Part shown: positions 1-9,737 of the stretch, piece by piece
How the letters are laid out: each line of letters starts with the position of its first letter
How positions within the stretch are numbered: position 1 is the stretch's first letter
Assembly: GCA_043806595.1 (NCBI GenBank)
Contig: JAZDGU010000018.1
Span: 1,400-65,399 of the forward strand
Source of the DNA: Candidatus Micrarchaeota archaeon
Lineage (GTDB): Archaea > Micrarchaeota > Micrarchaeia > Norongarragalinales > SBBD01
Reading direction: 5' to 3'
DNA: 64,000 nucleotides
Translations under genes and position numbers: made by a program
Notes under the pieces: generated by a model
The model's database searches: none
What the model was told of the DNA's origin: nothing
What the model saw: only the letters and a program-made list of their open reading frames with translations

Positions 1-1039
1 AGCCTGCGGCCTTCTCGGGCTGCTTCTCGAACGCCGGGATCTTGCCGACGATGTGCGGCGACGTGACTCCGGTGATGATTGCGACGATTTCTATCTTGCC
101 GTCGAAGTCCGACATGAGCCTCGCGCCCCACTTGACCGAGGCCTTGGGGTCCATCTGCTCGGTGAGCATCTCTCCCGCGCGGATGGCGTCCCCGAGCGTC
201 AGGTCGGCTCCGCCGGCGATGTGGATGAGCGCGCCGCGGGCGCCGTTGAAGTCTACGTCGAGCAGGCGGTTCTGGAGTACGCCGTGCACCGCGTCGTCGA
301 CCTTGTTCGGGCCCTTGCCGCTGCCGACCGCTATCATGCCGACGTCACCCTGGGACATGATCGCGCGGACGTCCGCGAAGTCGATGTTGACCAGGGAAGG
401 CTGCGTGATGGTGAAGACGAGGCCGTTGATGGCCTTCGCGAGGATCTCGTCGGCGACGACGAACGCCTGGTTCATCGGAAGGTTCGGCACGATCTGGACG
501 AGCCTGTTGTTGTCGAGGATGATGACGCTGTCCGAAGTCTGCCTGAGCGTGGAAATGCCGTCGTCCGCCTTCTTGACGCGCGCGCGCTCGAGGGCGAACG
601 GGTAGGTGACCATGCTGACGACAATGGCGCCCATCTCCTTCGCGATCTGCGCGATAACCGGCGCGGCGCCCGTGCCCGTGCCGCCGCCCATTCCGGCGCA
701 GATAAACACGAGGTGCGAGCCCTCGATGGACTTCGTGATGGCTTCGCGGTCGACTTCCGCGCACTTGGCCCCGACTTCAGGGTAGCCGCCGGCTCCGAGG
801 CCCTTGGTCACCGTCTTTCCGATGAGCAGCTTGACTATGCCCTCCTCCATGATGTTCAGGTGCTGGCGGTCCGTGTTGCACGCGATGAGGGTCGCGCCCC
901 TGACGCCGAGCCGCTTCAGACGGTTTACGGTGTTGTTGCCGCTGCCGCCCACTCCGACCACGGAGATCTTGATTCCCTCGTAGTCCTGCGAAGACGACGA
1001 GACCTTGCTGTCCAAAGCCGATTTTATTATGCTCTCCAT
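1..1039 (-). CDS. ftsZ: Cell division GTPase FtsZ (tubulin/FtsZ family), C-terminus cut by window edge
   Basis: Reverse-strand translation from ATG (complement of 1037-1039): MESIIKSALDSKVSSSSQDYEGIKISVVGVGGSGNNTVNRL...GGGTGTGAAPVIA. It carries the GGGTGTG tubulin signature and an FtsZ-like N-terminus. It is absent from the ORF track because it runs off the window. Confidence 0.85.
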   Translation of the reverse strand, partial: MESIIKSALDSKVSSSSQDYEGIKISVVGVGGSGNNTVNRLKRLGVRGATLIACNTDRQHLNIMEEGIVKLLIGKTVTKGLGAGGYPEVGAKCAEVDREAITKSIEGSHLVFICAGMGGGTGTGAAPVIAQIAKEMGAIVVSMVTYPFALERARVKKADDGISTLRQTSDSVIILDNNRLVQIVPNLPMNQAFVVADEILAKAINGLVFTITQPSLVNIDFADVRAIMSQGDVGMIAVGSGKGPNKVDDAVHGVLQNRLLDVDFNGARGALIHIAGGADLTLGDAIRAGEMLTEQMDPKASVKWGARLMSDFDGKIEIVAIITGVTSPHIVGKIPAFEKQPEKAAG

Positions 1040-1061
1040 TCCGATTCGCCTCACTCTACTG

Positions 1062-1076
1062 AAAAAATACTAGCTT
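1062..1076 (-). promoter_or_regulatory. TATA-like element (tattttttca on the minus strand) about 25 nt upstream of the ftsZ ATG
   Basis: AT-rich box at the expected archaeal BRE/TATA distance from a probably leaderless start. Confidence 0.3.
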
Positions 1077-1244
1077 CCAGAAAATTCTTAAGTTTAAATA
1101 CCTTTTCTCTGGCGTGCCTCCTTCGCGTGTCGCGGATTTTATGTGTTTTCGCGTGGGTTTGCGAAACAACCACATACCGCAACAGTCGATTGGTTTATAT
1201 ATGTTAGTCATTGCAAATCGAAACCCCAATTCTTCCCCCAAATA

Positions 1245-1323
1245 GGCAAACAAGGGCATAATGTCACAACAATTTTGATTAAGGAACATAAAATTACCCC
1301 TATTTGGCAAAACAAGGCAGAAT
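1245..1323. repeat. Two 18-bp direct repeats (GGCAAACAAGGGCATAAT / GGCAAAACAAGGCAGAAT) in the AT-rich ftsZ-polB divergent intergenic region
   Basis: Seen directly at 1245-1262 and 1306-1323. Each copy is preceded by the inverted motif ccaaatagg / cctatttgg. Confidence 0.4.
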
Positions 1324-1967
1324 ATCGCGTTTTCGCTCCATTTCGTCAGTTATCACTATAATATTAGAAGCCCGAATTCGCCGCCGTTCAGTCGATTAAG
1401 CATAGCCCCTACCCCAACAGCATATTGGGAAATTATCCGAACTCCAAACGCCCAAATAAAGAAAGGACTGACCTCCGAATTTCCGGGGAAAGAAAATTTG
1501 AAAAAAGGCCTAAAATAGACGCTAAATGGCTAATTCTGGCAAAATCTGCCTTTAAATTGGATAAATACAACATTATCAGCTTTCTTTTGGGCAATAAAGT
1601 TAAAATTGACGGGATTTACAGCGATAATTTATCATTGAAATGTCGAGAAAAATTTGGAAAAAAAAATTCGGGGAACCGGGGAGAAAAACAATGCAAACGG
1701 AGAAATAAGTGAAAAAACCGTAGGGAAAAAAGCGGGGTTTAATCGAAAAATTTTTAAGTGCAGGCGGAATCAAGGGAGGAAACATTGCCGGGCGGCGGGT
1801 CACCGACGCCGCCGGGAGTGGGAAAGTGGAAAAGGGAGACTTCACCGTATTCAGCATGCTCATGGCCGTCATCATCGCGGTGCAAGTGCACTGGATGCTC
1901 GCGCTCATCTTCTTCTTCGGCACGTACGCGTTCATCATGGAGGCATAGCGGCGCAAAGGCCGCAAAC

Positions 1968-1980
1968 CGTTTTTTATTGG
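1968..1980 (+). promoter_or_regulatory. TATA-like box (cgttttttattgg) 17-28 nt upstream of the polB ATG
   Basis: T-rich box at archaeal TATA distance, consistent with a leaderless transcript. Confidence 0.35.
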
Positions 1981-1995
1981 TTCGCACGGTAATGA

Positions 1996-4455
1996 TTGCC
2001 TATGCGAACGCACGCCTTCCTGCTCGACGTAGGGTATGTCATGCGGCATGGCAGGTCGGCACTACGTCTGCTTCTCAAGGAGCCGGAAGGCGGTCGCACG
2101 CTGCGGGCCTACGACTGGGATTTCGAGCCGTACTTCTACGTCGTTCCAAAGGAGACGACGGAAGCGCACATCCAGCACGCCGGCCGGGAGCTCTCCAAGC
2201 TGACCGCGATGGGAAGGGGCGGCGAGGCGAAAGTCAAGCGCGTCGAGACCGAGGAAAGAATTCTGCTCGGGAAGAAAATCAGGGTGCTGAAGGCGGTATG
2301 CAGCCACCCGAGCGACGTCAGCAAGCTCCGAGAGCCAGCAGGGCGCTTCGGGAAGACTTACGAAGACGACATATCGTTCACGAAGAGGTACGTCATCGAC
2401 CGCCAGCTCGTTCCGTGCGAAGGCGTGTCCCTCGAATACGATGTGGCGAGGAAGGCCGCGGCGGGCGTGAAAGCGGAGGAAATCAAGGGCGAGATGGGAC
2501 TCCGCATGCTCGGCCTCGACATCGAGACATACAACCCCGGCGGCATGCCCGACCCCGCGAAGGACCCGTGCATAATGGTCGGCCTCTCCGGGGAAGGCGG
2601 CAGGGAGGTGCTCACGCACTCCAAGAAAAATGGATACGAGACGGCCCGCGCCTTCGCGACCGAGAAGGAGATGCTCGAATCCCTCGGCAGGGAGATGAAG
2701 AGGCGCAAGGTCGACCTGCTCTGCACGTACAACGGGGACGTGTTCGACCTGCCGTATTTGCGCGAGAGGGCGAAGGCGACCGGCGCGAAGATGAGCCTCG
2801 GCAGGGACGCAACCCAGCCGAAGAGCAAGCAGTTCGGCATGCGCGCCGAGACGGCGATTGCCGGAAGGGTGCACTTCGACGTATTCCCCGTGGTATCGTT
2901 AATGAACTTCATCGGGGCATACAAGCTCGACCGGCTGACGCTGAAAGTCGTATACCAGGAAATCCTCGGAGGAAAGAAGGAGGACGTGGAAAAGACCGAC
3001 ATATGGAAGATCTGGGACTCGGACGACAATGAGAGGCTGGCCCACCTCGCGAAGTACTGCCAGGTAGACGCCGACGCGGCGCTCCAGCTTTCCCAGAAGA
3101 TGCTTCCATTGGAGGTCGAGCTCAGCAGGGTCAGCGGCAACACGCTCTTCGACACCGTGCGCTCGCGGCCCGGCCAGCTCGTCGAGATGCTGCTCATGCG
3201 CGAGGCCTTCCGCAGCGGCGAGCTGATCCCCGGGAAGCCGAAGGGCGGAGAGGTCGGCGACCGCGAGGACAACCCCGTCGAGGGCGCATACGTCAAGCTG
3301 CCTTCACCGGGGCTGTATGAGAACATCGCGGTGCTCGACTTCCGCTCGCTGTACCCGAGCATAATCATCTCGCACAACATCGACCCGAGCACGCTCAACT
3401 GCTCCTGCTGCACGGAAAAGGAGGCGCATCTGTCGCCCAAGGGGCACAGGTTCTGCAAAAAGAAGCAGGGCCTCATCCCGCGCGTGCTCAAGCGCGTGCT
3501 CGCCGAGAGGACGCGATTGAAGGACGAGATGAAGGCGCTCAAGAAGAAGGGGCTCAACGAGGACAGCGCGGAATACGTCGAGGCGTTCGCCAAGCAGTGG
3601 GCGCTCAAGATCCTCGCGAACTCAGTCTATGGGTACCTGCTCTACTCGAGGTCAAGGTACTATTCGAGGGAGTGCGGCGAGTCGGTGACCGCGTGGGGCA
3701 GACACTACATCATGGAGACGCTCGAGAAGGCCGGGGCGGCGGGGCTCAACCCGCTCTACAGCGACACGGACTCGACGTTCCTGCAGTTCGGCAAGCCCGG
3801 GGACGAGCACAAGGTCGAGCAGTTCCGGAAGGAAATCAACGCGTCGCTGCCCGAGGAGATGGAGCTCGAGCTCGAGGACATCTACCCCCGCGGCATATTC
3901 GTCAGCAAGAAACAAGGGGAGGAGAAGGGCGCGAAGAAGAAGTACGCGCTCATCAACAAGGACGGCAAGATAAAGATCCGCGGCTTCGAGCTCGTGCGGA
4001 GGGACTGGAGCAGGATCGCGAAGGAGACGCAGAGGCACGTGCTCAAGATACTGCTCTCGGAAGGCGACGTCGACAAGGCCGTCTCCGAAGTGCGCAAGGT
4101 CGTCGCCCGGCTCAAGGAGGGAAAGGTGCCGATGGAGGAGCTGGTCATCTACACGCAGCTGAAGAAGAAGGCCAAGGCTTACGAGATAGTGTCCCCCGAA
4201 GTCTCCGCGTTCCTCAAGGCGCAGAAGGCCGGCCTGCAGGTCGACGAGAAGAGCGTCATCGGGTACGTGATCACGCGGCAGGGCAAGAGCATAAGCGACC
4301 GCGCACAGCTCATCGAGCTCGCCAAGGACTACGACGCCGACTACTACGTCAACAACCAGGTGCTGCCCGCAGTGCTCAGGATTCTCGGCGCGATGGGCTT
4401 CGATGAGGACGACCTCAAGAACAAGGGCAAGCAGAGCTCGCTCGGGGACTGGTAG
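1996..4455 (+). CDS. polB: Family B DNA polymerase (archaeal PolB) with 3'-5' exonuclease domain
   Basis: 819 aa. Exo I motif LGLDIETYN, exo II YNGDVFDLPYL, polymerase motifs SLYPSII, KILANSVYGY and YSDTDS. Confidence 0.9.
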   Translation: MPMRTHAFLLDVGYVMRHGRSALRLLLKEPEGGRTLRAYDWDFEPYFYVVPKETTEAHIQHAGRELSKLTAMGRGGEAKVKRVETEERILLGKKIRVLKAVCSHPSDVSKLREPAGRFGKTYEDDISFTKRYVIDRQLVPCEGVSLEYDVARKAAAGVKAEEIKGEMGLRMLGLDIETYNPGGMPDPAKDPCIMVGLSGEGGREVLTHSKKNGYETARAFATEKEMLESLGREMKRRKVDLLCTYNGDVFDLPYLRERAKATGAKMSLGRDATQPKSKQFGMRAETAIAGRVHFDVFPVVSLMNFIGAYKLDRLTLKVVYQEILGGKKEDVEKTDIWKIWDSDDNERLAHLAKYCQVDADAALQLSQKMLPLEVELSRVSGNTLFDTVRSRPGQLVEMLLMREAFRSGELIPGKPKGGEVGDREDNPVEGAYVKLPSPGLYENIAVLDFRSLYPSIIISHNIDPSTLNCSCCTEKEAHLSPKGHRFCKKKQGLIPRVLKRVLAERTRLKDEMKALKKKGLNEDSAEYVEAFAKQWALKILANSVYGYLLYSRSRYYSRECGESVTAWGRHYIMETLEKAGAAGLNPLYSDTDSTFLQFGKPGDEHKVEQFRKEINASLPEEMELELEDIYPRGIFVSKKQGEEKGAKKKYALINKDGKIKIRGFELVRRDWSRIAKETQRHVLKILLSEGDVDKAVSEVRKVVARLKEGKVPMEELVIYTQLKKKAKAYEIVSPEVSAFLKAQKAGLQVDEKSVIGYVITRQGKSISDRAQLIELAKDYDADYYVNNQVLPAVLRILGAMGFDEDDLKNKGKQSSLGDW

Positions 4456-4458
4456 CGC

Positions 4459-5151
4459 ATGAACCCGCGGAGACATGCAGAAAAAAACCGCAACCTTCCA
4501 ACCGACGCGGACCGGTATTCTGCGCTTTTCAGGCCGGAAGGGGAATTCCGCGGAATATACCGCTCGACCGGGCGCCCCGTCTGGTTCGTCAAGGACCTGT
4601 CGGCCAACCCCCACGATTCGCTCAAGCTCGACCCCTTCGAGATCGACGCGAGGCTCGAGAGGATGAGGGCCGGGGCGGGGCTTTCGAGGAAGGACGCATG
4701 GGAAAGGTTAAGGGACAAGCCGACGGGAATCGAGGCGAGGAAGAAGGCGGTAGAGGCCGCAATAGCCTATGCCCGGTTCTATGATTCGCTGAAAGCCGGA
4801 AGGAGGGCGGGCGAAAGCAGGATCGGGTTCCACCCGAAAACCGTGTTCGCCGTCGCCAACGCGGAAGACGGCAGGAGCACGACGGTCGTCGGGATTATGC
4901 CTAAACTCGGCCGCCGGGCGAAATTGAACGGGGAAAACCTTTCGGAATACAAGCGATCCCTTGCGGCGAAAGTGAACGAGGTGCTCGAACTGGAAGGCGA
5001 GGGAAGGCAGCCAAACGCCGACGTCGGCAAGACGGAAAACTTCTGGACTGCGGGAAAGAAGGTATTCTACATAGACATGAACGTCTTCCCCCCGATTACG
5101 CCCAAGCTGACGAAAGCGGTGCTCGAATGGAACAAACGGCAGAAAAAGTGA
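4459..5151 (+). CDS. Hypothetical protein (basic, 230 aa)
   Basis: Clean ORF directly after polB with no recognisable motif. Its end overlaps the serB start (5127) by 25 nt, a typical operon overlap. Confidence 0.45.
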   Translation: MNPRRHAEKNRNLPTDADRYSALFRPEGEFRGIYRSTGRPVWFVKDLSANPHDSLKLDPFEIDARLERMRAGAGLSRKDAWERLRDKPTGIEARKKAVEAAIAYARFYDSLKAGRRAGESRIGFHPKTVFAVANAEDGRSTTVVGIMPKLGRRAKLNGENLSEYKRSLAAKVNEVLELEGEGRQPNADVGKTENFWTAGKKVFYIDMNVFPPITPKLTKAVLEWNKRQKK

Positions 5152-5831
5152 GGCGCAAGCGGCTTGCGGCGTTCGACTTCGACTCGACGCTCATCGAGGA
5201 GGAAAGCATCGACGAGATCGCGCGCCTCGCCGGAAAGGACGTCTACCGTCGCATCGCGGCGGTTACCAAGGAAGTCAACGAGGGCAGGCTCGGCATACGC
5301 GAGGGCATGGAAAAGCGCGCGAAATTGCTCAAGGGCGTACGCGAGTACGACATCAGGCACATGGCCCGCAGGCTGCGCTTCAAGGCCGGGTTTACGGAAC
5401 TCGTCAAGGGGCTGGAAAACCGGGGTTATACGCTCGCCATCATCTCGGGAGGGTTCGGCATCGTGTTCGACGAGCTGAAGAAGGACGCCATCGAGCTGCT
5501 TTCGTTCTCGGACATCCTCTGCAACGAGCTCGGCGTGCGCCACGGCGCGCTCGACGGCACGTGCGAGATGAAGGTGTGGGAGGAGAAGGGAAAACTGCTC
5601 GCGGAAATTGCGGCGAAGCACGGCGTGCGAATGGAGGACACCGTCGCGGTAGGCGACGGCGCGCTGGACAGGACGATGCTCGAGGCAGCGGGTTTCGGGG
5701 TATGCCTTGCGGGGAATCCGGTTGCGGAGGCAGCGGCGGACGTCGTAGTGCAGGGGAACGACCTCATGGGCGTGCTGGAGGCTGTCCTTGCGTGGGATAA
5801 AAGAGATTTGGAAGCGGCGCTTACCGGCTAG
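5127..5831 (+). CDS. serB: Phosphoserine phosphatase, HAD superfamily
   Basis: HAD motif I FDFDSTLI, motif IV GDGALD, and SerB-like length. Confidence 0.8.
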   Translation: MEQTAEKVRRKRLAAFDFDSTLIEEESIDEIARLAGKDVYRRIAAVTKEVNEGRLGIREGMEKRAKLLKGVREYDIRHMARRLRFKAGFTELVKGLENRGYTLAIISGGFGIVFDELKKDAIELLSFSDILCNELGVRHGALDGTCEMKVWEEKGKLLAEIAAKHGVRMEDTVAVGDGALDRTMLEAAGFGVCLAGNPVAEAAADVVVQGNDLMGVLEAVLAWDKRDLEAALTG

Positions 5832-6085
5832 CCGAGGTTCCTGCGGTCTACTACCATCACGTCCTTGACGTCGAGCACGCTGGCGTAGGGGATGGTCACC
5901 ATGCCGCCGCCCTCCTTCTTGGCCTTGAGCGCGAGAGTCGAGTCCGGATTCGGCTCGACGAGAACGCTCTCCAGCTTGCCCGAAAGCTCGTTGACGTAGA
6001 GGTCGACGACGCGGCCGAGCTCCTCTCCGTCCGTGGTGATAACGCGCTTCCCTGCGAGCTGCTTGGCGATGGCGTATTTGACCAT
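5828..6085 (-). CDS. PRC-barrel domain protein
   Basis: 85-aa protein (VITTDGEELGRVVDLYVNELSGKLESVLVE), the typical small archaeal PRC-barrel. Confidence 0.65.
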   Translation of the reverse strand: MVKYAIAKQLAGKRVITTDGEELGRVVDLYVNELSGKLESVLVEPNPDSTLALKAKKEGGGMVTIPYASVLDVKDVMVVDRRNLG

Positions 6086-6150
6086 TATCTCACCTGAAAC
6101 TTGCCTAATTCTAGAGCGAATCGTAACGAAAACTATTGCTTGGAATCAAT

Positions 6151-9100
6151 TTAAATACCTTTCGAAGCTTCCGGGGGCCGTTCGGCGGCTTCCGAGCCCA
6201 ATTTTACCTCAACGAGCTGGCTCCCGTGCTTGGTCATCGCGACGCCGAGCAGGCAGTCCGCGGAGCGGTAGACCGTCTGGTTGTGCGTGACGACGAGGAA
6301 CTGCGAGCCCTTGGAGAGCTGCTTCAGCAGGTCGGCGAGCTTGCGGCTGTTCTCCTGGTCGAGCGCGGCGTCGGCCTCGTCCAGGATGTATATCGTCGAC
6401 GGCGAGTAGGACTGGATGGAGAAGATGAAGAGGAGGGCGATGAGGGACTTTTCGCCGCCGGACATGAGCTCCAGGTACTTGACGGTCTTGTTCTTGAGCT
6501 CTATCTTGATTGTCAGGCCGCCCTCGAAGGGGCTGTTCTCGTTCTCCAGGAAGAGCGAGCCCGTGCCGTTGAAGATCTGCGTGAAGAGCTTCTGGAAGTA
6601 GTCGTTCACGCCCTTGAACGTCTCCATGAACGTGGCAATCTTGCGGCCCTCGATCTCGTTTATCATGGCGATGACCGCCTGCTTCTCGTTGGCAAGCTGC
6701 TGGACCTTGAGCTTCTGCGCATCGAAGTCCTTCGCGCGGATGTCGTATTCCTCGACGGCCTTGAGGTTGACGGTGCCGAGGGCGGCAAGCTCCTGCTCGG
6801 ACTGCTTCAGCATGAACGTCAGCTGGGCCCTGTCCTTCTCGTCGAGCCTCTGCACGCCCTCGTACTTCGCGAACTCGGCCTTGAGGTTGGCGAGGTTGGT
6901 CTCGGAGACGGCCTTCGCAACCTCCTGCCTCTGGAGGTCGGAGGCGATCTTCTCGCGCTCGAACTCGAGCTTGCCCTTGCGGGTGGCAAGGGAGTAGACG
7001 TCCTTCTCGATGGCCTCGCGCTTCTCGATGAGGTCGCGCATCGCGGCGGAGATGCTCTTCAGCTCGGCGGTCTTCTCGTCGACGAGCCTCTTGTCCTTCT
7101 CTATGGAAGCCTTGCAATGTTTCCGCGTCTCCTCGGCGAGCTTCATCTCGGCGTTGGCGTCGGCAAGGGACTTCTCCGCGGACTTGAGCTCGCGCTCGTA
7201 CGCCCCGGCCTCCGTCTGGAGCGCGGAGAGCTGGTTCGATAAGTCGCTCGACTGGAGTTTCAGGTCCATCACGCGCTTCTCGCGTTCCTTGAGCATGACG
7301 CCGAAGTTCTTCTCCTTCTCGACGTCGATCTTGGCCTTGGCGTCGAGGGCGCGGATGTTCAGGTCGGAGAGGGAGCGGATAATTTCCGCCTTCTCGGACT
7401 CGATCTTCTGCAGCACCTTGGCGGCGTCGCCGATTTCCTTCTTCAGGGCCGCGGCGGCGCCCTTGAGGTTGCGAGACTTCTCGTCCTCCTGTGACTGATT
7501 GCGCGAGTAGTTCTCGAGCTCGAGCTCGAGCGCCTTTGACTTGACTTCGAGTTCCGCGCGGCGCTTGCGCTCGGTTGACATCCCCTCCTGGACGTCGTAT
7601 ATCTGCTTGAGCAGGTCTTCCTTGCGGGCGCGCGCGGTCGCGACGAGCTTGTCGTACTGGTCGAGGAGCTCCTTCTCCTTCCTGACGTTCACGCGCGCGG
7701 AAAAAGAGCCGCCGGTGACGAGACCCGAGGACTCGGAGAGCTCACCCTCCTCGGTCACGAAGCGAGTCTTCCCGACGAGCTTTTCGCCCGCCGAAAGCGA
7801 GGAAACGAGGAGCGTGCTGCCGCAGACGAACTTGAAGACGTTCTCGTAGGTCTTGTCGTAGGTCAGGAGGTGCAGCACGAAGCCCTGCGAGCCCGGGGCC
7901 TGGCTGTGCTCGATATCCTGCTTGGTGAACTCGTGGGGCCGGATCTTGTCCATGGGAATGAACGACACGCGGCCGAGCCTCTTGGACTTGAGGTGGGTGA
8001 TGAGGCGCTGGGCGGTCCTCATGCCGTCGACGACGACGAAGCTCATGCGCCCGCCGACGGCGACCTGTACGGGAACCGCGTGCTTGGACTCGTAGGCGCA
8101 CAGCTGCTCGACGGTGCCGTGGATGCCTTCGTCCTTGTCCTTCTGGGAGAGCACGTACTGCACGCCGGAGCCCACCTCGAACTCCTTGAGGTTCTGGAGG
8201 CGCGTGCCGATCTCGACGGACTTCATCTTCGCCGCCATCAGATCCCGGTCGTTCGCCTCGAGCTCGCGGTTAAGCTCCTTCTCCTTGTCGAAAAGAGAGG
8301 AAAGTGTCTTCTCCGAGGAACGCAGCAGGTCACCGAGCGAGTCCTTCTCCTTCTTCGCGTTCGAGGCGCGCCCGGAGTAGTCCGCGGCCTTGCCCTCGCC
8401 GAGGCGCTCGAGCTCGTTCTGCTTCAGGCGGGAGACCTCGTCGGTCTTGCCGGCCTCTGCCTGCAGGGAGGCAAGCTTCTCCTTCGAGGCGAGCATCTGC
8501 GCCTGGAGGTCGTCGTAGAGCTTCTTGTTCGAGAAGAAGTCCGCGGAAAAGCGGTCGGATTCCTTGAGCACCGCGTCGAGCCTGCCCTGCTCGTCCTTGA
8601 GCATCTTGGCGGCTGCTGCCGCGTCCTCCTGGATGCGGGAAATGCGGGCGAGGACGCCCCTGACCTCGTCCGCCGCCTTCGTCTTGTCGCCGGAAAGCGA
8701 GCGGATGCGTTCTTCTAGGCGCTGGACCTCGGCGCGCTTCTCGTCGATGGTCGCGCTGCAGCGCGCGATCTCCGACTTGAGCTCGTCGAGCTCCTTCTCG
8801 AGGATTATCTGCTTGCCCTCGCTGCGCTGGGAGATCTGCTGGTTGACGAGGTCCTTCTCCGCCTGCCTCGCGTCGACCTTCGACTGGAGGTCCGCGGACT
8901 GCGAGAGGAGGGCGTCGTTCTTGCGCTTGAGGTCGACGAGGGAGTTGATGAGGTTGGCAAACTCGGTCTCGCAGCCGCGCACGTCCTCGTAGAGGAGGGT
9001 GGCGCGGACCGCGTCGATGTGCTTGGTGAGGTGGATGTGGCGCTCGGCGTCGGCCTTGTCCTTCTTGAGCGCGTCGAGCATGCCCTCGCGCTCGTTGAGC

Positions 9101-9639
9101 AGCACGGTGTCCGAGCGAAGCTTGGCCTCGACGTCCTCCAGCTTTGAGAGGGCCTCGCGCTTCTTGTCCTCGTATTCCGTGACGTTCGCGATGTTGTCCA
9201 CCAGCCCGCGCCGCTCCTTCGAGCTCATCTCGACGATGCGCTGGACCTCGCCCTGCTGGATGATGTTGTAAGTGGAAACCCCGTGGCCGCGCAGGAAGTC
9301 CTCGATGACGTAGCGGTGGGAGTGCTTGCCGTTCAGCGAATAGCGGAGCTTGCCGTCCCTGCGGATGGCGCGCGAGACCGTAGCCTTCTCGCCGTTCTTG
9401 CCGCCGGCGAAGTGCATGCGCACCTCCGCGATCTTGGAGTCCTTGTAAATCAAGTCCTGCGTCTTCTTGGCGCGCAGGTGGCGGATGCGGCTCTCGCCGA
9501 GGGCGAACAGCACGGCGTCGACGATGTTGGTTTTGCCGCTTCCGTTTGGGCCGACGATGGCGTTGAAGCCGTCCACGACGTGCACGGTGGCGTCGCGGAA
9601 GGACTTGAAGTTCTTGAGCTCGAGCTTGTCGACGAACAT
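6151..9639 (-). CDS. smc: Chromosome segregation protein SMC
   Basis: 1162 aa. N-terminal Walker A GPNGSGKTN, long coiled coils, a hinge, and the C-terminal ABC signature LSGGEKSLIALLFIFS plus Walker B ILDEADAALD. Confidence 0.9.
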   Translation of the reverse strand: MFVDKLELKNFKSFRDATVHVVDGFNAIVGPNGSGKTNIVDAVLFALGESRIRHLRAKKTQDLIYKDSKIAEVRMHFAGGKNGEKATVSRAIRRDGKLRYSLNGKHSHRYVIEDFLRGHGVSTYNIIQQGEVQRIVEMSSKERRGLVDNIANVTEYEDKKREALSKLEDVEAKLRSDTVLLNEREGMLDALKKDKADAERHIHLTKHIDAVRATLLYEDVRGCETEFANLINSLVDLKRKNDALLSQSADLQSKVDARQAEKDLVNQQISQRSEGKQIILEKELDELKSEIARCSATIDEKRAEVQRLEERIRSLSGDKTKAADEVRGVLARISRIQEDAAAAAKMLKDEQGRLDAVLKESDRFSADFFSNKKLYDDLQAQMLASKEKLASLQAEAGKTDEVSRLKQNELERLGEGKAADYSGRASNAKKEKDSLGDLLRSSEKTLSSLFDKEKELNRELEANDRDLMAAKMKSVEIGTRLQNLKEFEVGSGVQYVLSQKDKDEGIHGTVEQLCAYESKHAVPVQVAVGGRMSFVVVDGMRTAQRLITHLKSKRLGRVSFIPMDKIRPHEFTKQDIEHSQAPGSQGFVLHLLTYDKTYENVFKFVCGSTLLVSSLSAGEKLVGKTRFVTEEGELSESSGLVTGGSFSARVNVRKEKELLDQYDKLVATARARKEDLLKQIYDVQEGMSTERKRRAELEVKSKALELELENYSRNQSQEDEKSRNLKGAAAALKKEIGDAAKVLQKIESEKAEIIRSLSDLNIRALDAKAKIDVEKEKNFGVMLKEREKRVMDLKLQSSDLSNQLSALQTEAGAYERELKSAEKSLADANAEMKLAEETRKHCKASIEKDKRLVDEKTAELKSISAAMRDLIEKREAIEKDVYSLATRKGKLEFEREKIASDLQRQEVAKAVSETNLANLKAEFAKYEGVQRLDEKDRAQLTFMLKQSEQELAALGTVNLKAVEEYDIRAKDFDAQKLKVQQLANEKQAVIAMINEIEGRKIATFMETFKGVNDYFQKLFTQIFNGTGSLFLENENSPFEGGLTIKIELKNKTVKYLELMSGGEKSLIALLFIFSIQSYSPSTIYILDEADAALDQENSRKLADLLKQLSKGSQFLVVTHNQTVYRSADCLLGVAMTKHGSQLVEVKLGSEAAERPPEASKGI

Positions 9640-9737
9640 CTTGAAGACCGGCGGATTATACGATTGCAGGGGACGGCGCAGAATAATAACAGAAAAAGGT
9701 TTTTAAGGCGAATCGCGGCTCTCGAGACTGGGCGGGT

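Noticed and set aside
53-1207. Long plus-strand ORF (384 aa), and the 345..764 minus ORF, overlapping the ftsZ region
   Set aside because: They are alternative-frame or antisense translations of the real minus-strand ftsZ gene. Their Arg/Asp/Gly-rich low-complexity composition is typical of spurious ORFs in GC-rich DNA.
1425-1712. 95-aa Lys/Asn-rich ORF in the AT-rich ftsZ-polB spacer
   Set aside because: It is a low-complexity translation of A-rich intergenic DNA, with no start context or homology signal.
2062-3608. Minus-strand ORFs 2062..2874, 2358..3608 and others inside polB
   Set aside because: Antisense to a strongly supported PolB reading frame, with Ser/Arg-rich spurious composition.
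6136-9271. Multiple plus-strand ORFs (6136..7242, 7870..8718, 8525..8992 and others) inside smc
   Set aside because: Antisense shadow ORFs of the 3.5-kb smc gene.
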